Shown here: one piece after another, positions 41,546 through 55,690 of the stretch | Layout of the letters: every line of letters starts with the position of its first letter | How positions within the stretch are numbered: position 1 is the first letter of the stretch | Origin: the human T2T-CHM13v2.0 reference genome, Homo sapiens | NCBI GenBank assembly: GCA_009914755.4 | Contig: CP086569.2 | Coordinates: 5,088,001-5,152,000 of the forward strand | DNA length: 64,000 nucleotides | Direction: 5' to 3' | Notes under the pieces: model-generated | What the model saw: only the letters and a program-made list of their open reading frames with translations | What the model was told of the DNA's origin: nothing | Databases searched by the model: none | Translations under genes and position numbers: made by a program

Positions 41546-44500
41546 ATATTTACAATAGTGATCACGATTTGACAGTTAATACCTACCTTCTCTATTTAAT
41601 ATCTAAGTTTTGCAGTAATTGATCTACTTTTATGCCGTTGGTGGTCATAGTAGCAAAGCTATAATCAATTAGAAATTCTCTTTTGAGATGTATTTTAAAT
41701 GTTTGTAGATGACACCTACCACAAGAGAACAGCTATAGCAATTATCTTAGTGATTTTGTTTGTGCTTATTATATAAATTACAAGGAAGGTATCTACCAAA
41801 ATTATCAAAATAGAAAAAAATAAAAAAAGGAAGTTGTCATATAAATATGTCAAAATTACATAATAACTATTATAAGAAAATAATTTGATTTATTCTTATG
41901 TTATATTTGACATGCATGGAAGATCCTTTTTCAAATTTAATCTGGAGGATTCACACACAAAATTATTCTGAAATAAGATGACTTCAAGGTCATAAAATTG
42001 AATCTTGAGATATTTTCAAGATATTTCAAGATTTTCATTGTAATGCTGAATAGTTAACATTTATTAAAGAAAACCAGAGGTAGTCCATGTTTCTGATAAC
42101 AAATATATAAAAATGTTTATTGCATATATGTGAAAAATATATTCAAAGTCTTTCATTAATAATTGATCATTCACATTATTTCAGCCTTGTAAATTTCAAA
42201 ACCCAAATCTGACAACATATGAAAACTTTTTCATTAAATTCAAGAATATATATATTTATAATTTTTTGTTAGGGCATTTTTGATTAACCTGTGAATCCAT
42301 TGATTTTTGCCACATATGCTGTAGTGGAAACTGTATGCTGCGCAGTTACTTGACCTCAAATTCACTCAAAGTTTTCAAAGTTTCTAAATATTTCTCACAC
42401 TTATGAGTCACGCAATGCATGGACAGCTTTTATCTCTTTGTAGCTGCATCTCTTTCAGTAAGAATTTTGAGCCAATTAATTCACAGCAAAGTGGGCAACA
42501 TAAGGTTTTTTTTTTAAGAAAATAGTCATAGTGTCTGAGGACTCAAACTCAGCCCTACCAAACAATTCATACAAGTTACTTTTTGATTCAGTTCCTTACA
42601 GCGCTGTCTTCTAGTTTTATATCTACACTGGAGGGGTTGACAGGCTCTAAATATTTGATGTCCCACTCCAAGTGACATCAGATTTCTCCAAAAATAAATG
42701 TAGATGTGAAGTATTTCTCAGCCTTCACACAGTGAATTTATACTACTTAAACTATGACATGTTTAATACATAGTAGAACCATTTGTGATCTTTATGTAGC
42801 TGAAAAGTTACTGGAGATAGCTGGAACACTGAGGCTGCATATATGGCCAGTGGAATGCAATTTTCAGTTTGTCTTGTAAGGTAGGAAATTTGCATTTGTT
42901 AATTGGCAAGCTCCCACCATGATCCAAGTCCAAGATCCCAGTGCCTTGTACTGCTAACATATTGATGAATTCCACAAGTTCTCTGGAAGCATCTAGCCCT
43001 GCGGCTTGCTTATAGCAGATAAGTAATAGTGAGTTCTTGCTCCCTTTGGTAAGTTAATAGACCTCTGGTTTCTGCCAATCCATTAGTTTTTCAGAGAAAG
43101 CACTACATTGTATCCATTAGCATCACAGGAAAAAAATGCTGACATTCATAGGTCATTCATTCAACACTGAATGTCCTGGATGTACTCATTGTTCTTGGTC
43201 TTGGGATACAGAGCTGAATAAGACAAGATCCTAGCTTGAGTAAAGTTCATAATCAATGAAGAAAGAAAGACATAATAATTTAAATATGTAATGCAACATG
43301 AACAAACTGTGTAATAGAGATATGTATTGATATGAGGGCCTACCTGATTACAGAGAAGAAAGTGAGTAAGTCTGTTTCAGTAATTTGAGTAGATTCCTAG
43401 GGATTAATTGGAGTAACCAGGTCTTGATTCCGGAAAGACCATCTTCAGGGTTTTCTAAAGATGTTAAATATGAATATGTGTATAAAAGATGGGGATTTAC
43501 TGTGGGCAAAATGAATACTGTATCTATATCCACCACTTACAGAGTGTTTATTATGTTTAAAGATCCATACTAAGAAATGCAGATAAAGTCCAACAGCTTT
43601 TAATTAGACATATTCTTAAACTCTACATTATATTGTCCCCTCTTACATATAAATTTCCATAGCTAATAAATAGAAATATTTTTGCCTATTCAGTTTGCTG
43701 AGAAGGATAGTGAGAGGGTTGGGGAGGTGTGGGTGTTGGGGATGGTTAATGCTTTAAATATGTTTTACAATGAAAACCCAATATTCACAAAATAAGTCAT
43801 AATTCAATTTTCTAAGACCTGTTCTCATGTTTAAATCACCTTTTCAAATAACACAATAAATTAAGCTGACAACCTTTCCACATAGAAGATTCTTATTCAA
43901 ATAACTGTCTTAAGTAAATGTTATATTAATTTCTTGTTTCTTAAGTAGACAGTTATTAAATTAGCTTCTGGTATTTTGGAGAGTTTAGGCTACACTCTGT
44001 ATTGATTAGCTTAATCCATGTTGGGATAGCAGAGTGCACACTTCGCAGCTGTGAACTGTCACAATGTTCCTTTTTTTAATTGAGTAATTTGAGCCTGGAG
44101 ACTGAGACAAGGCTATATAAAAACATGTACAAGCACATAATCCAATTCATGAGATTGCATACAAATAAAGTTCATTCTTTTCCAAATGTTGGAAGCATTT
44201 CACCACATAATACTGTTTCCTGCCTTGAATTATTGTTGGATTTAGACCCCACTACCTATCACTATCTATTAGAGCAAATTATATTCACTTACTGAGACAA
44301 TCACCCCTAATTTTATACAACATGACGTTGGTCTTCAGGTGGCAGAAATAGAAACACACAAGCCTGGAAAATGCTTGTAAATAACCAATAGGCAATCAAA
44401 TCAAATTGTTCATTTTTATTGCTAGCAATTACTCTGCGTAAGTGGCTGGGTCATGCTGGTTGGTGTCCTGAAGCTCAGGTATCAGAGAAAATGTTAAAGT

Positions 44501-44589
44501 ATATACCTTGCTTCTTCTCTATTTCTAACTACTGGTGGGCTGCTCAAAGCTATGGATTTGAATTTATTTACTTTTATGTGAAATTCAAC

Positions 44590-45087
44590 ATAAACTGAAT
44601 AAAAGATATGAAGATAATATGGAAGCAAAAAAGAGCCTGAGTAGTCAAAGCCATTCTAAGCAAAAAGAACAAAACTGAAGGCATCACCTTACCTGACTTC
44701 AAACTATACTACAAAGCTACAGTAATGAAAACAGCATGATACCCATGCAAAAATAGACATAAAGACCAATGTAACAGACTACAGAACCCAGAAATAAAAC
44801 CACACACATACAAACATCTGATTTTTGACAAAGTGGACAAAAACAAGCCATGAATAAATAACTCCATATTCAATAAATGCTGCTAGGAAAACTGGCTATC
44901 CACATACAGAAGAATGAAATTAGACCCCCATCTGTCACTGTATACACAAATTAAATAAAAATAGATTAAATACTTAAATGTAAGACCTCAAATTATAAAA
45001 ATCTTGGAAGAAAATCTAGGAAATACCCTTCTTAACATTTGTCTTGGGAAAGAATTTACGACTAAGTCCTCTAAAGCAACTGCAACC
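44590..45087 (+). mobile_element. LINE-1 (L1P-like), sense, part 1 (ORF2 C-terminal region), split by the THE1 insertion
   Basis: The translation [76 protein letters not shown] matches L1 ORF2p ([71 protein letters not shown]). Confidence 0.85.
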
Positions 45088-47509
45088 TGTATTAGCCCAT
45101 TCTCGCATTGCTATAAAGAAATACCAAAGGCTGGGTAATTCATAAGGAAAAGAGATTTAATTGGCTTATGGTTCCTCTGGCTATACAGGAAGCATGATAC
45201 TGGCATCTGCTCACCTTCTGGGGAGTCCTCAGGAAATTTACCATCATGGTGGAAGGCCTAGGGAGAGCAGGCACATCACATGGCCAGAGCAGGAGCAAGA
45301 GAGAAGTGCCACACTTTTAAATAGCCAGATCTGACAAGAAGTTGCTCACTATTGTGAGGACAGAATCAAGGGGATGGTGCTAAATCATTTATGAGGGATC
45401 CAACCCCATGATCCAGTCACCTCCCACCAGGCCCCACCTCCAACACTGGGCATTACAATACAACATAAGATTTGGGTGCAGACACTTATCCAAACTATAT
45501 CATTCCACTCTTGGCCCCCTCAAATCTCATGTCCTTCTCACATTGCAAAATTCAATCATTCCTTCTCTATAGTCCCCCCAAATCTTATCTCATTTCAGCA
45601 TTAATTCCGAAGTCCAAAATCCCAATTCTCATCTAGAGATGTGTTTCTTCTGCCTATGATCCTAGAAAATCAAGCAAGTTATTTACTTCCAAAATACAAT
45701 GGAAAAACCAGCATTGGGTAAACATTCTCATTCCAAAAAAGAGAAATCGGCCAAAGAATGAAGCTACAGACCCCATACCATCAGGAGAGTCATTAAATCT
45801 TAAAAGCTACAAAATAGTCTCCTTTGACTTCATGTCCCACATCCAAGGCACAGTGGTGGGAAGGATGGGCTCCCAAGGCCTTGGGCAGCTCTGTCCCTGT
45901 GGCTTTCTGGTCTTTGGCCCCAACAGTTGGTCTCCTGGGCTGACACTGAATGCCTGCAGCTTTTCCAGGTGCACAGTATGAGCTCTCAGTGGATGACAGT
46001 GACCCTCTTCTCACAGCTCCACTAGGCAATGCCCCAGTAGGGACTCTGTGGGGGCTCCAACCCCGCATTTCTCCTCTGCACTGTTCTACTAGAGTTTCTC
46101 TGTTGAGGGCTCCATCCCTGCAGCAAGCTTCTGCTGGAGCACTCAGGCTTATTCATACATCCTCTGAAATCTAGGCAGAGGATCCCAAGCCTCAAGTCTT
46201 GACTCAGTGCACCCACAGGCTTAACACCACATGGAAGCCACCAAGGCTATGACTTGCATCTTCTGAAGCAGTGGTGTGAGCTGTATCTGAGGCCCTTAGA
46301 GCTGAGACTGGGAACAAAGCAACTGGGATGTGAGGAGTAGTGTCCCAAGGCTATGCAGGGCAGTGAGACCCTGGTCCTGGCACACAAAACCATTCTTTCC
46401 CCATAGGCCTCAGGGCCTGTGATGGGAGAGGCTACCTCAAAGGTCGCTGAAATGCCTCCGAGGCCTTTTCCACATTGTCTTGGAATCAACCCTTGGCTTT
46501 TTAGCTATACAAATCTCTCTGGCAAGTGGTTGCTCCACCACCTGCTTGAATTCCTCTCCCAAAAAAGCTTTTTCTTTTTCTGACACTTGGCTAATTTTTC
46601 AACATTTTATGCTCCGCTTCCCCATTAAGTATAAGTTCCAACTTATTTATTCACTCCCACATCTGAACATATGCTGTTAGGAGCAGGCACAGCACTTCTT
46701 GGACACTTGCTGCTAGAATTTTCTTCTGCCAGTTACTCTATATCATCATTCTCAAGTTCAAACTCCCACAGAACCGTAGGTCATGAATACAGTGCAGCCA
46801 AGTTCTTTGCTAAGACATAACAAAAGTGACATTGACTTCATTTCCCAATAAGGTCCTCATTTCCATCTGCGAACACAGCAGCCTGTACTTCATGGTCCAT
46901 ATCACTATCAGCGTTTTGATCACAACTATTTAACCAGTCTCTAAGAACTTCCAAACTTTCCTCATCTTCCTGTCTTCCTTGGAGCCCTCCCGACTCTTCA
47001 AACCTTCACCTGCTATTCAGTTCCAATGTCACTTCCACATTTTCAGGTAGCTTTATAGAAATACCCACTCCTTGGTACAAAAATACCAAATTTTTGTATT
47101 AGTCCATTCTCACATTTGTATAAAGAAATACCAGAGACTGGGTAATTTATCAAGAAAGGAGGTTTAATCGGCTCACACTTCTGCAGGCTACACAGTAACC
47201 ATGAGGTTGGCATCTATTCAGCTTTTGAGGAACCCTCAGGAAATTTACAATCATGGTGGAAGGTGAAGGGGGAGCAGGCACCTTACATGGCCAGGGCAGG
47301 AGCAAGTCAGGGGTGCCACACTTTTAAACAGCCAGATCTCATAAGAAGCCACTCACTATTGCAAGGACAACACCAATAGGATGGTACTAAACCATTCGTG
47401 AGTCGTCCAACTCCATGATCTAATTACCTCTCACCAGGCCCCACCTCCAACATTAGGCATTACAGTTCAACATGAGATTTGGGTGGGGACACATATCCAA
47501 ACTATATCA
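45088..47509 (-). mobile_element. Full-length THE1-type MaLR (ERVL-MaLR) retrotransposon, antisense. The two LTRs (45088-45502 and 47095-47509, 415 bp each) enclose an internal region. It is nested in the L1 with a perfect 5-bp TSD CAACC
   Basis: Both LTRs read tgtattag(c/t)ccattctc.cat...gggtaatt.at.a.gaaa.gag.tttaat.ggct.a...ccaggccccacctccaaca.t.ggcattaca.t.caaca.gagatttgggtg..gacac.tatccaaactatatca, which is the reverse complement of the THE1/MST LTR consensus (TGATATGGTTTGGCTGTGTCC...ACTAATACA). The TSD copies lie at 45083-45087 and 47510-47514. The L1 ORF2 reading continues across the joint (..KATAT | KTKIDKCDRIKLKRFC). Confidence 0.8.
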
Positions 47510-48575
47510 CAACCAAAACCAAAATTGACAAGTGTGATCGAATTAAACTAAAGAGATTCTGCATAACAAAAGATAACTATCAACAGGATAAACAGACAAC
47601 CTATAGAATGGGAGAAAATATTCACAAACACAAATCCAACAAGGGACTAATATCCAGAATCTCTAAGGAACTTAAACAACTCAAGAAGCAAAAAACACAT
47701 AACTCCACTAAAAATAGGCAAAGGACATGAACAGAAAATTCTCAAAAGAAGATATACATGTGGTCAACAAGCATCTGATAAAATACTCAACGTCAGTAGT
47801 CATCAGATAGAAGCAAATCATAACCACAATAAAATATCATCTCACAAGAGTCAGTATAGCTTTTATTAAAAAGTTAAAAAATAATGGTTGCAGGGCTGCA
47901 GAGGAAAGGGAATGCTTATACACAACTAGGGGGAATGTAAGTTAGTTCAGCCACCGTGGAAAGCAGTTTCAAGGATTATCAAACAAACAAACAAACAACA
48001 AATGAAAAAAAGAAAACTACCATTCAACCTAGCAACCCCATTACTGAGTATAGACCCAAAGGAAAATAAATCATTTTACCAAAAAGACACATGCACTCAT
48101 ATGTTCATTGCACTGCTGTTCACAATGGCAAAGATGTGGAATCAACCTAGATGCCCATAAACAGTGGATTGGTTAAAGAAAATGTGGTACATATATCCCA
48201 TGGAATACTACGAATCCGTAAAAAAGGAACAAAATCATATCCTGTGCAGCAATGTGAATGCATTTGGAGGCCATTTTCCTAAGTGAACAAATACAGAAAC
48301 AGAATCCAAATACTGCATGTTCTCACTTATAAGTGGGAGGTAAACATTTATGGACATAAAGATGAGAATGATAGACACTAAAGTATTCAAAAGGAGGGAG
48401 TGAGGGAGGGGTGCAAGGGTTGAAAGAGTACCTATTGGGTCCTATGCTCACTAGCTGGGTGATGTGTTCATTCATACTCCAAACCTCAGCATCACACAAT
48501 ATACCTTGGTAGGAAACCTGCACATGTACCACCTGAATTTAAAATAAAAATAGAAAAAAATAAACTCAAAAAAGA
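47510..48575 (+). mobile_element. LINE-1 (L1P-like), sense, part 2: ORF2 C-terminus plus 3' UTR, with an internal (CAAA)n at 47976-48001
   Basis: The track ORF 47479-47730 (..[63 protein letters not shown]) matches L1 ORF2p ([63 protein letters not shown]). The 3' UTR reads ..gggaggggtgcaagggttgaaagagtacctattgggt..cacctgaatttaaaataaaaatag. Confidence 0.9.
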
Positions 48576-49708
48576 GAAAAGAATATATGAAGGTAGTTAA
48601 ATTATTCCATTTATCTTTTCTTGTAGATGATGAAATGATTTCTATTTTGTGCTCCCCAATTGCTAATATGAAACATTTTCCAAGAGAAATAGCTGACCAA
48701 ACATGAGAATATTTCTAATCAAATTAAGTGTTTTATATAATCAGAATCATGATGAAGACTGTTTGCTGAAGTTGGCTTGGGACTAAACACCATTATTTGA
48801 AACTCAAATAGCTGTCTCATTTTAAATGTGTAAGGGACAGCATTCAGGCAAAGTCCATTTTCAAAATGGGTTTGCACCAAAGCTGTTTGGAAGGCCAATC
48901 TTTAAGGTCAGATTCATTTTGGAAATTCCATCTGCCTTGTTTAGTGTTAGGTAGAATAGAACTTATAACAAATCAATTGAAGAATATTGGTATAAGCCTA
49001 TATAGTTCTACCATTTTAAAAATCAACCAAAAGCACTTAGAAATTCAGACTTGCTTTCAGAATAGCTTTACGGAGTCGGTTTTCACCTTACCCTGTGATA
49101 TGGTGGATAATATTACAGTAAAGAGTGGGGAAAAAAGGAGGTAATAATTGTTAAACCTGTAGTGGCATTTTAGGTTTTATTTCAGAATTACCCATATTGG
49201 ACATTATCATAAGGGAACACACATAAACTGTTTTATATAAAGCTATATATCTACGTGTATTTCTTTATGTGAAATGACTTTGCCTTTCAAGAAAAAGAGA
49301 ATCACATTAAATACAATTTTTAATTTTACCAAACTAGTTTTGAATTATCTAGTGGAAATTTTCAGTCTGTATTCAAAAAATACATTGTGCCTTTAGCAAT
49401 GACATTTAAAAATTATTTCTAATCAAGAAGCTTATGAAAATGATACTGCTAAATTTAATACCCACCTCAATAGCATTCAATGCTATTTTTGGACGTTCAA
49501 TTATACATTATATGTAAACTGAAGTGGGCCCTCTGTTGAGTCTGGACAATGTCTATATAACTGAGTGTTTACAAACTTAGCTAGATGAGAAAACTTTACT
49601 TTGTGTATTCTAGCCCTAAATTAGATTTTAAATTTCTTGAAAGCTGGTTGTACAAACGTTTTTTTTGTCTTGCCCCTGTCTTCTAAGTTCTTTGGGTCCT
49701 CAAGTTTT

Positions 49709-49959
49709 GGCACATTATTCTATGTATAGTAGGAACTCAGTAGATGAATAATTTGTGATTTACAGACTATGAAGCTAATGAATGATGATGTTTGAAGATC
49801 TTATCCATCTGGACCTTTCCTCATGCTAGGCACATTATTTTGGCCCGTTATTCTAGATATAGTAGGGACTCCATAAATGAATAATTTGTGACTTACAGAC
49901 TATGAGGCTAATGAATGATGATGTTTGAAGATTATATCCACCTGGACCTTTCCTCATGC
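49709..49959. repeat. Local tandem duplication: two copies (118 and 131 bp, ~85-90% identical) of a unique-looking segment
   Basis: Copy 1 (49709-49826): ggcacattattctatgtatagtaggaactcagtagatgaataatttgtgatttacagactatgaagctaatgaatgatgatgtttgaagatcttatccatctggacctttcctcatgc. Copy 2 (49829-49959): ggcacattattttggcccgttattctagatatagtagggactccataaatgaataatttgtgacttacagactatgaggctaatgaatgatgatgtttgaagattatatccacctggacctttcctcatgc. Confidence 0.9.
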
Positions 49960-52900
49960 CTGTAGAAGCAAATTAAAGTTATTATTTAATTAATAATTAG
50001 GCAGCACAAAGCAAGAAAATGTCATTAACTATTTTATAAGCTAATTAACAATGTGGCTGTTAACATTATTTTATCAAGGTCAGGTAGTAAGTCAAGACAG
50101 ATAGAGAAGCATAATCTGTATCTTCTGTCTCAGTCTGAGTTCTCCCTTGTAATAGGCTGCTTTTCTCCTCCACTTTCTGGAATAGATGAGGGGGATTTTG
50201 TTTAAACAACATTATATGTAGTGCTAACCACTTGTAAAAATAAAATCTTATCCCTTACATTTTCCATAGTTGTACTATAGAATTGCATCGTAGAAATGTT
50301 GTTGATCATAATAACTTTTATAGATTTCATAAATACATCAACAAGGCAGAGAAAATTAATGATGCTTGATAAAGAAATAAGATAAATTCATTTCTCAAGA
50401 ACATTTTGATTGTAAGCTACTCCTGTATTGTCTTTTAACATTAATGTCTATGCAATAAACTCAGTGGTGAATAAGAAATAAAGAAAAGGGCCAATGACAG
50501 AATTAATAGCACCAAGTAATAATTAATAATGTTGAATGGAAAGAAAATAAAATAATGAGGATAAATCTGATAAGAGTATTCAGGAATGTAACAGAGCACT
50601 GTCTACTATCGCTTCTAAAAGCAGGAATAGGGCTATTTCCTGCTATACAGTGTTGCTAGCTAATATGATGAATAGGTGGAAATGCTTGCCCTTCATCTTT
50701 CCTTTTTAAAAATATTCTTTCTCTGTTTCTTTTCCTTTTTTACCTAAATTTTTCAGATATTTCCAAATGTTTACTAGTTCTTTTCTACTTGTCTTGATTT
50801 TTGAGCTCTTTGAAGGAAAGAGAACTTATAAATCTTATTAATCAAACAAAAGAGAATATGAAGATACAATCATATAGCCTTAGTGAAAACAGAGCTGAAG
50901 AGTATACGAAGAACATTCCTTTTCAATTTGGTACGTGTTTTTTTACTGTTGTGTCTAGGTTACTTGCTTCTCAGAAACATGAAATAATTCAGCTATAGAC
51001 AGGGTACATAAACATATCATCTAACTCCCATTGGGTTAGATACAGGGAAGCTACTTTTATATAGAAGTAAATAATAATTAGCTTGAAAATAATACATTTG
51101 GAGGGATTACAAAGAACAACCACAGAGAAAATGACTTAGAATATGAAGCTTTATACTCTTTTTCCCACTGGCCCCAACTCTACACTAGAAATATTCTCAA
51201 CACAATCAGAATATTAGTAAATGTCTTAAACATTAAAAAATGAGTTTTAAAAAATTGTTTAAACAGATTTTATTAAATCCAGAATAATGTTAATTTTTAA
51301 TTTGTATTTGTTTTAATAACTGCAATAAGGTCAGAAGAAATCTCAAAACAATTGTTTTATAAAATAAGTTCATTGTCTTGATAGTTATTTTTTTTCCTCC
51401 CCGCATTATAGGAATTCATGAAGTTACGTCTGTCATCTTCATTTGTTATTTGAAGTTACTCTGCAAGTTACCTTAATAAACTCATTCATTATTTTTCAGA
51501 ATATGAAAACACAGGAGACATGGTATTGAAAGCTAATTAGACACCCCTGAGCACATATCAGAAACGTATCAAAGTTAGTACCTGTATTTTTTTTCTGATA
51601 AAAGTACTAACTTCTAATGTGTGAGTAGCTAACATAGCAAAAGAATCCTAATATATGAAACCTAAGGAGAAAATACATAGAAATCCAATTTTAAAGTAAA
51701 ATGTTGTTGTTTTGAATTTCCAATGATAGGTTTTAGATCTTCTTTTTCTTTACTTAAGTGAAGCAGCAAATATAGATGGGATGCTTGCATGTACATTAAC
51801 GACTGCCAATGCTATATTGGCAATGAATTCATCAACTCATATGACAGATTCAAGATTAAGTTCTTATGCCTTCCTTGACATTTTGAAGTAGACCATTTTT
51901 GTTGTGGAAGAAAGAGGAAAAGGAAAGGTCATAGAATTTTTATCAGTCAGTCTTATTGTCTTTTAAAATAGCAATGTCTGTTTAATGTCAGTGAACAATT
52001 CAGATGGGGATTTGTGGGTAATTTGTTGATGGAGAGCATTTTTGCTACATTTTACATCTCAAGGTGTATAATCCCTTAAACTTGGCAATAATAGAATACT
52101 CTATAACTTACTAGATGGATCCTCTGTGCAAGATGAGTTATTTCTGCTTCCAGTCATCCTCTTCCCATAATATAAATAAAACCTGCACAAGTCCAAAACC
52201 TTGAACTTTATCTTACCATCTTCTCAGAAAATAATACTTTGTATTAAAATTTTACAAGTGACACGTGGAATTATACTTTTAAGTGAAAACATATGTAGTA
52301 GACTACAATCAACATTTAATAATAAATGCCCGTGCATCTAGACTTTTTACCAAAATTAAGTATTGCAAAGAAATTTATTAGATTCTTTTACTTGACGTTC
52401 AATAATTCATTCTAGTCAAACGGGCCTATCCTAGTCCATCCTCATGGTGGCAGCCATAGATATTTAGTTATTATGTGAATAAATAATGCTTTAATTCACT
52501 GCTGTGTCATGGTCTCCAATATGTATTTTCTACGGTATTGAAACCTCAAAGAAGATGTCTTGTAGCATATTTTTCCCTAGAAAATGTATTACATGGTATC
52601 CACTAAGATCTAGTTATTTTCAGTTGGTTTCCTACTAATTTTCTGTTAATTGGTGGTAAAAAAAACTAAGGTTTATTAAATCACTTGTGAGTCATTCACT
52701 TGAATTATATACGTATATTATGTGACTTTTGTGCTAAAATAATCTTTTCTATGTTTTTAGATATGCTTAAAATTCTTTTATAACCTTAAGTATGTATTGA
52801 GTTGCAGCTACACTTTGATTTATAAAATATATTTTAAAATTATTTGCATATGTAGACATATTTGTGTATGTGTACAAGCTCAGACATAAACCATGTTACT

Positions 52901-54200
52901 ACTAGTTATAAATGTCAAATTAATCAATAATCATATAACTTATTCATTGACAAGTAACTCAATAAGTAATTTAAGAAATTATAGAATACTAGATGTCATT
53001 ATATATTCACATAGTTTGACTTAATGAAATGTTTGATGTGAAACATGGCATTAATAGTTCATAAAGAAGACTTTTTTTCTCCTTCAGATGCTCTTATAGT
53101 CTTCTAATTCAACAAAAATTTTGACAGAAGACAAAGAAGACAATAGTCTGGAGAAAATGAAGATTACTTGAAATCCTAATTCAAAATCTAAGAGGCTTCT
53201 GGGTAGAAATGAATTCTCTAAGTATGCCTGAGTGTTAAGGAAAGCAGCTGACCTTCAGAGACACTCTAAACCATTTATACGCAGGTTCATGTCATCAGCA
53301 TAGTTCATCACAACCTATTTCCATTCTTGCAGATGAGGGTCTTGGATTCCTAGGTGTCATGGCATCAAGTCTATATCCTCCATTATAACCTCATAGATAG
53401 TTTCTTCTGTTATAACTACATTGGAGCAAAGTATATTTAAAAACCCCTTTATTGTTCTTCCTTATTATCTATATTGTAGTATATACATAGTAGATTCCAC
53501 AGAAATAGCTGGGTCTTCAATTGACTTGCAAATCAATTTTTCTTATTTTCTCCAAGTAGCATAATTTTGCAATTTAATGCTATCTTTGAAGACAAATATC
53601 ATTTTTGTTTATGGACCATAGAGATTACATGAAAGAAAAGGACATTATACATCAGAGCCAGAGAGAAATTCAAAAAGAAAACAAGGGCTGATTTCAGTCA
53701 GTGTCCTGTTTTTACAGACACTGGAGCCACAAGCTTTCTAATTAGGGTGATTTATTATAGAACCCACTCCATTCCACCAAACTCTGGCATTTTTCTGTTC
53801 CTTTACACAACACTGTCACCTGGATTCCTAAAGCTGAAGCAAAACGGTTCCTGAAGTAATTGAATCAGCTTTGTTATTTTCAGCTCTGAGGACATCTGTT
53901 GGTGAAGTTCTGGACTACTAGCAACCAATGATCCAGCCCCGGGCTGGGTCAGAAAATCAAAATGAAACAAAAACAAAATATACAAATAAGTATTATATCT
54001 TGTAAGCCAAAGGCTGTGTTAAAGTAGTAAATGCCAGAGTAGGATTCTCATCCTGGTCTATCTGACTCCCCAAGCCCAGGATCTCAACCAATATGCTGTA
54101 CAGCTTTCTCTTTTGTAACCATCCAAAATCCAAGTTCAGGGATTGAGACCATTCATCTATGAGATGTTTTAATTCAGAGAAATCAAACATCAAAATTATC

Positions 54201-54224
54201 ATTATTATTATTATTATTATTATT
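54201..54224. repeat. (ATT)8 microsatellite derived from the Alu tail
   Basis: Direct read: attattattattattattattatt abutting the Alu poly(T). Confidence 0.9.
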
Positions 54225-54510
<286 letters not shown>

Positions 54511-55295
54511 ACTTATCAAAATTATAAGGAACAAATAAGGTATGGGACACTGATCATAGTCAGCACTACTGGCTTCCTGACAGCAGTCAAATTTTTCTGC
54601 ACTTACTTTCTAAATGTGGAATGTTCTTTCTACAAGTATCTATGAGCATCTGACATGTATGGGTATTAGTGCATAATTGTAGCTCTGTGCACGTGACTAT
54701 AGCTGGTAGAGCTCATAGAAACTCAAACCTTGTAACTTTTTTTCTAGATCTCGTTGAAATGGACATTACTAATACATATTATATTTAAGCATGTATTTAT
54801 ATGCTTTAAGCCACTGTGTGCTTATTAAATATCCATTATATAATGTATCTAATTATGATAAGAAATAGTGAAAATTTATTGTTTGGATATTTACATTTTT
54901 AAAATTGCAAAAAATTAATTCTTGTTTATTTTATAGGTAACTGAAAATAATGTTTAGCTTTTTATGAAATAATAGCCATTTTAAACAACAGAATAAAATT
55001 TATTTTAATTGGACATGTAGAAAGTATACATTCTCACTTGCAGTTCATTTATTTACCTAACATGTATTTATATAAGAATGATTTCTGTGATTCTAACCTT
55101 GACCTCTTCAGTCATTTCTCAATCAAGCTGCCACAACCATCCTTTAAAACTCAGATCACATCACTCTTCTGCTCATGACCCACCAATTGCTTCCCATTTC
55201 TCTCAAAGAAAGTTAAAATACTTTACCATGTTCTACAAGTCCCGCTACCATTTGTCCCCTCCCCTTTCCGTTCTTCTCTGACCTCCTTTCCTCTT

Positions 55296-55690
55296 ATATA
55301 TGGTCCTTATCTTATGATGAATCAATTTATGATTTTTTGACTTTATGATGGTGCAAAAGTAATACACATTCAGCATAAATTGTACTTTGAGTATGCATAC
55401 AGTCATTCAGTTTTCCACTTTCACTTCAGTATTCAGGAACTTACATGAGATATTCAACACTTTACTATAAAATAGGCTTTGTATTGGCTAATTTTGTCCA
55501 ATGTAGGCTAATGTAAGTGTTCTGAGGACGGTAAGGTAGGCTAGGCTAAGCCATGATGTTTGGCAGCTTAGGTGTATTAAATGCATTTTTGACTTAAGAT
55601 AGTTTCAATTTAGATGCTCCTTGACTTAACAATGGGTTTATCAGGACATAACCCCTTCGTAAGTCTAGAAGCATCTGTACTCTTTCCTGG
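55296..55690. mobile_element. Nonautonomous DNA transposon (MER-type with palindromic termini, family unresolved), flanked by TA-rich target sequence
   Basis: The start (ggtccttatcttatgatgaatcaatttatgattttttgactttatgatggtgcaaaag) and end (tttttgacttaagatagtttcaatttagatgctccttgacttaacaatgggtttatcaggacataaccccttcgtaagtctagaagcatctgta) carry inverted copies of the ..CGACTTACGATGG.. terminal motif common to several MER DNA elements. Confidence 0.45.
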
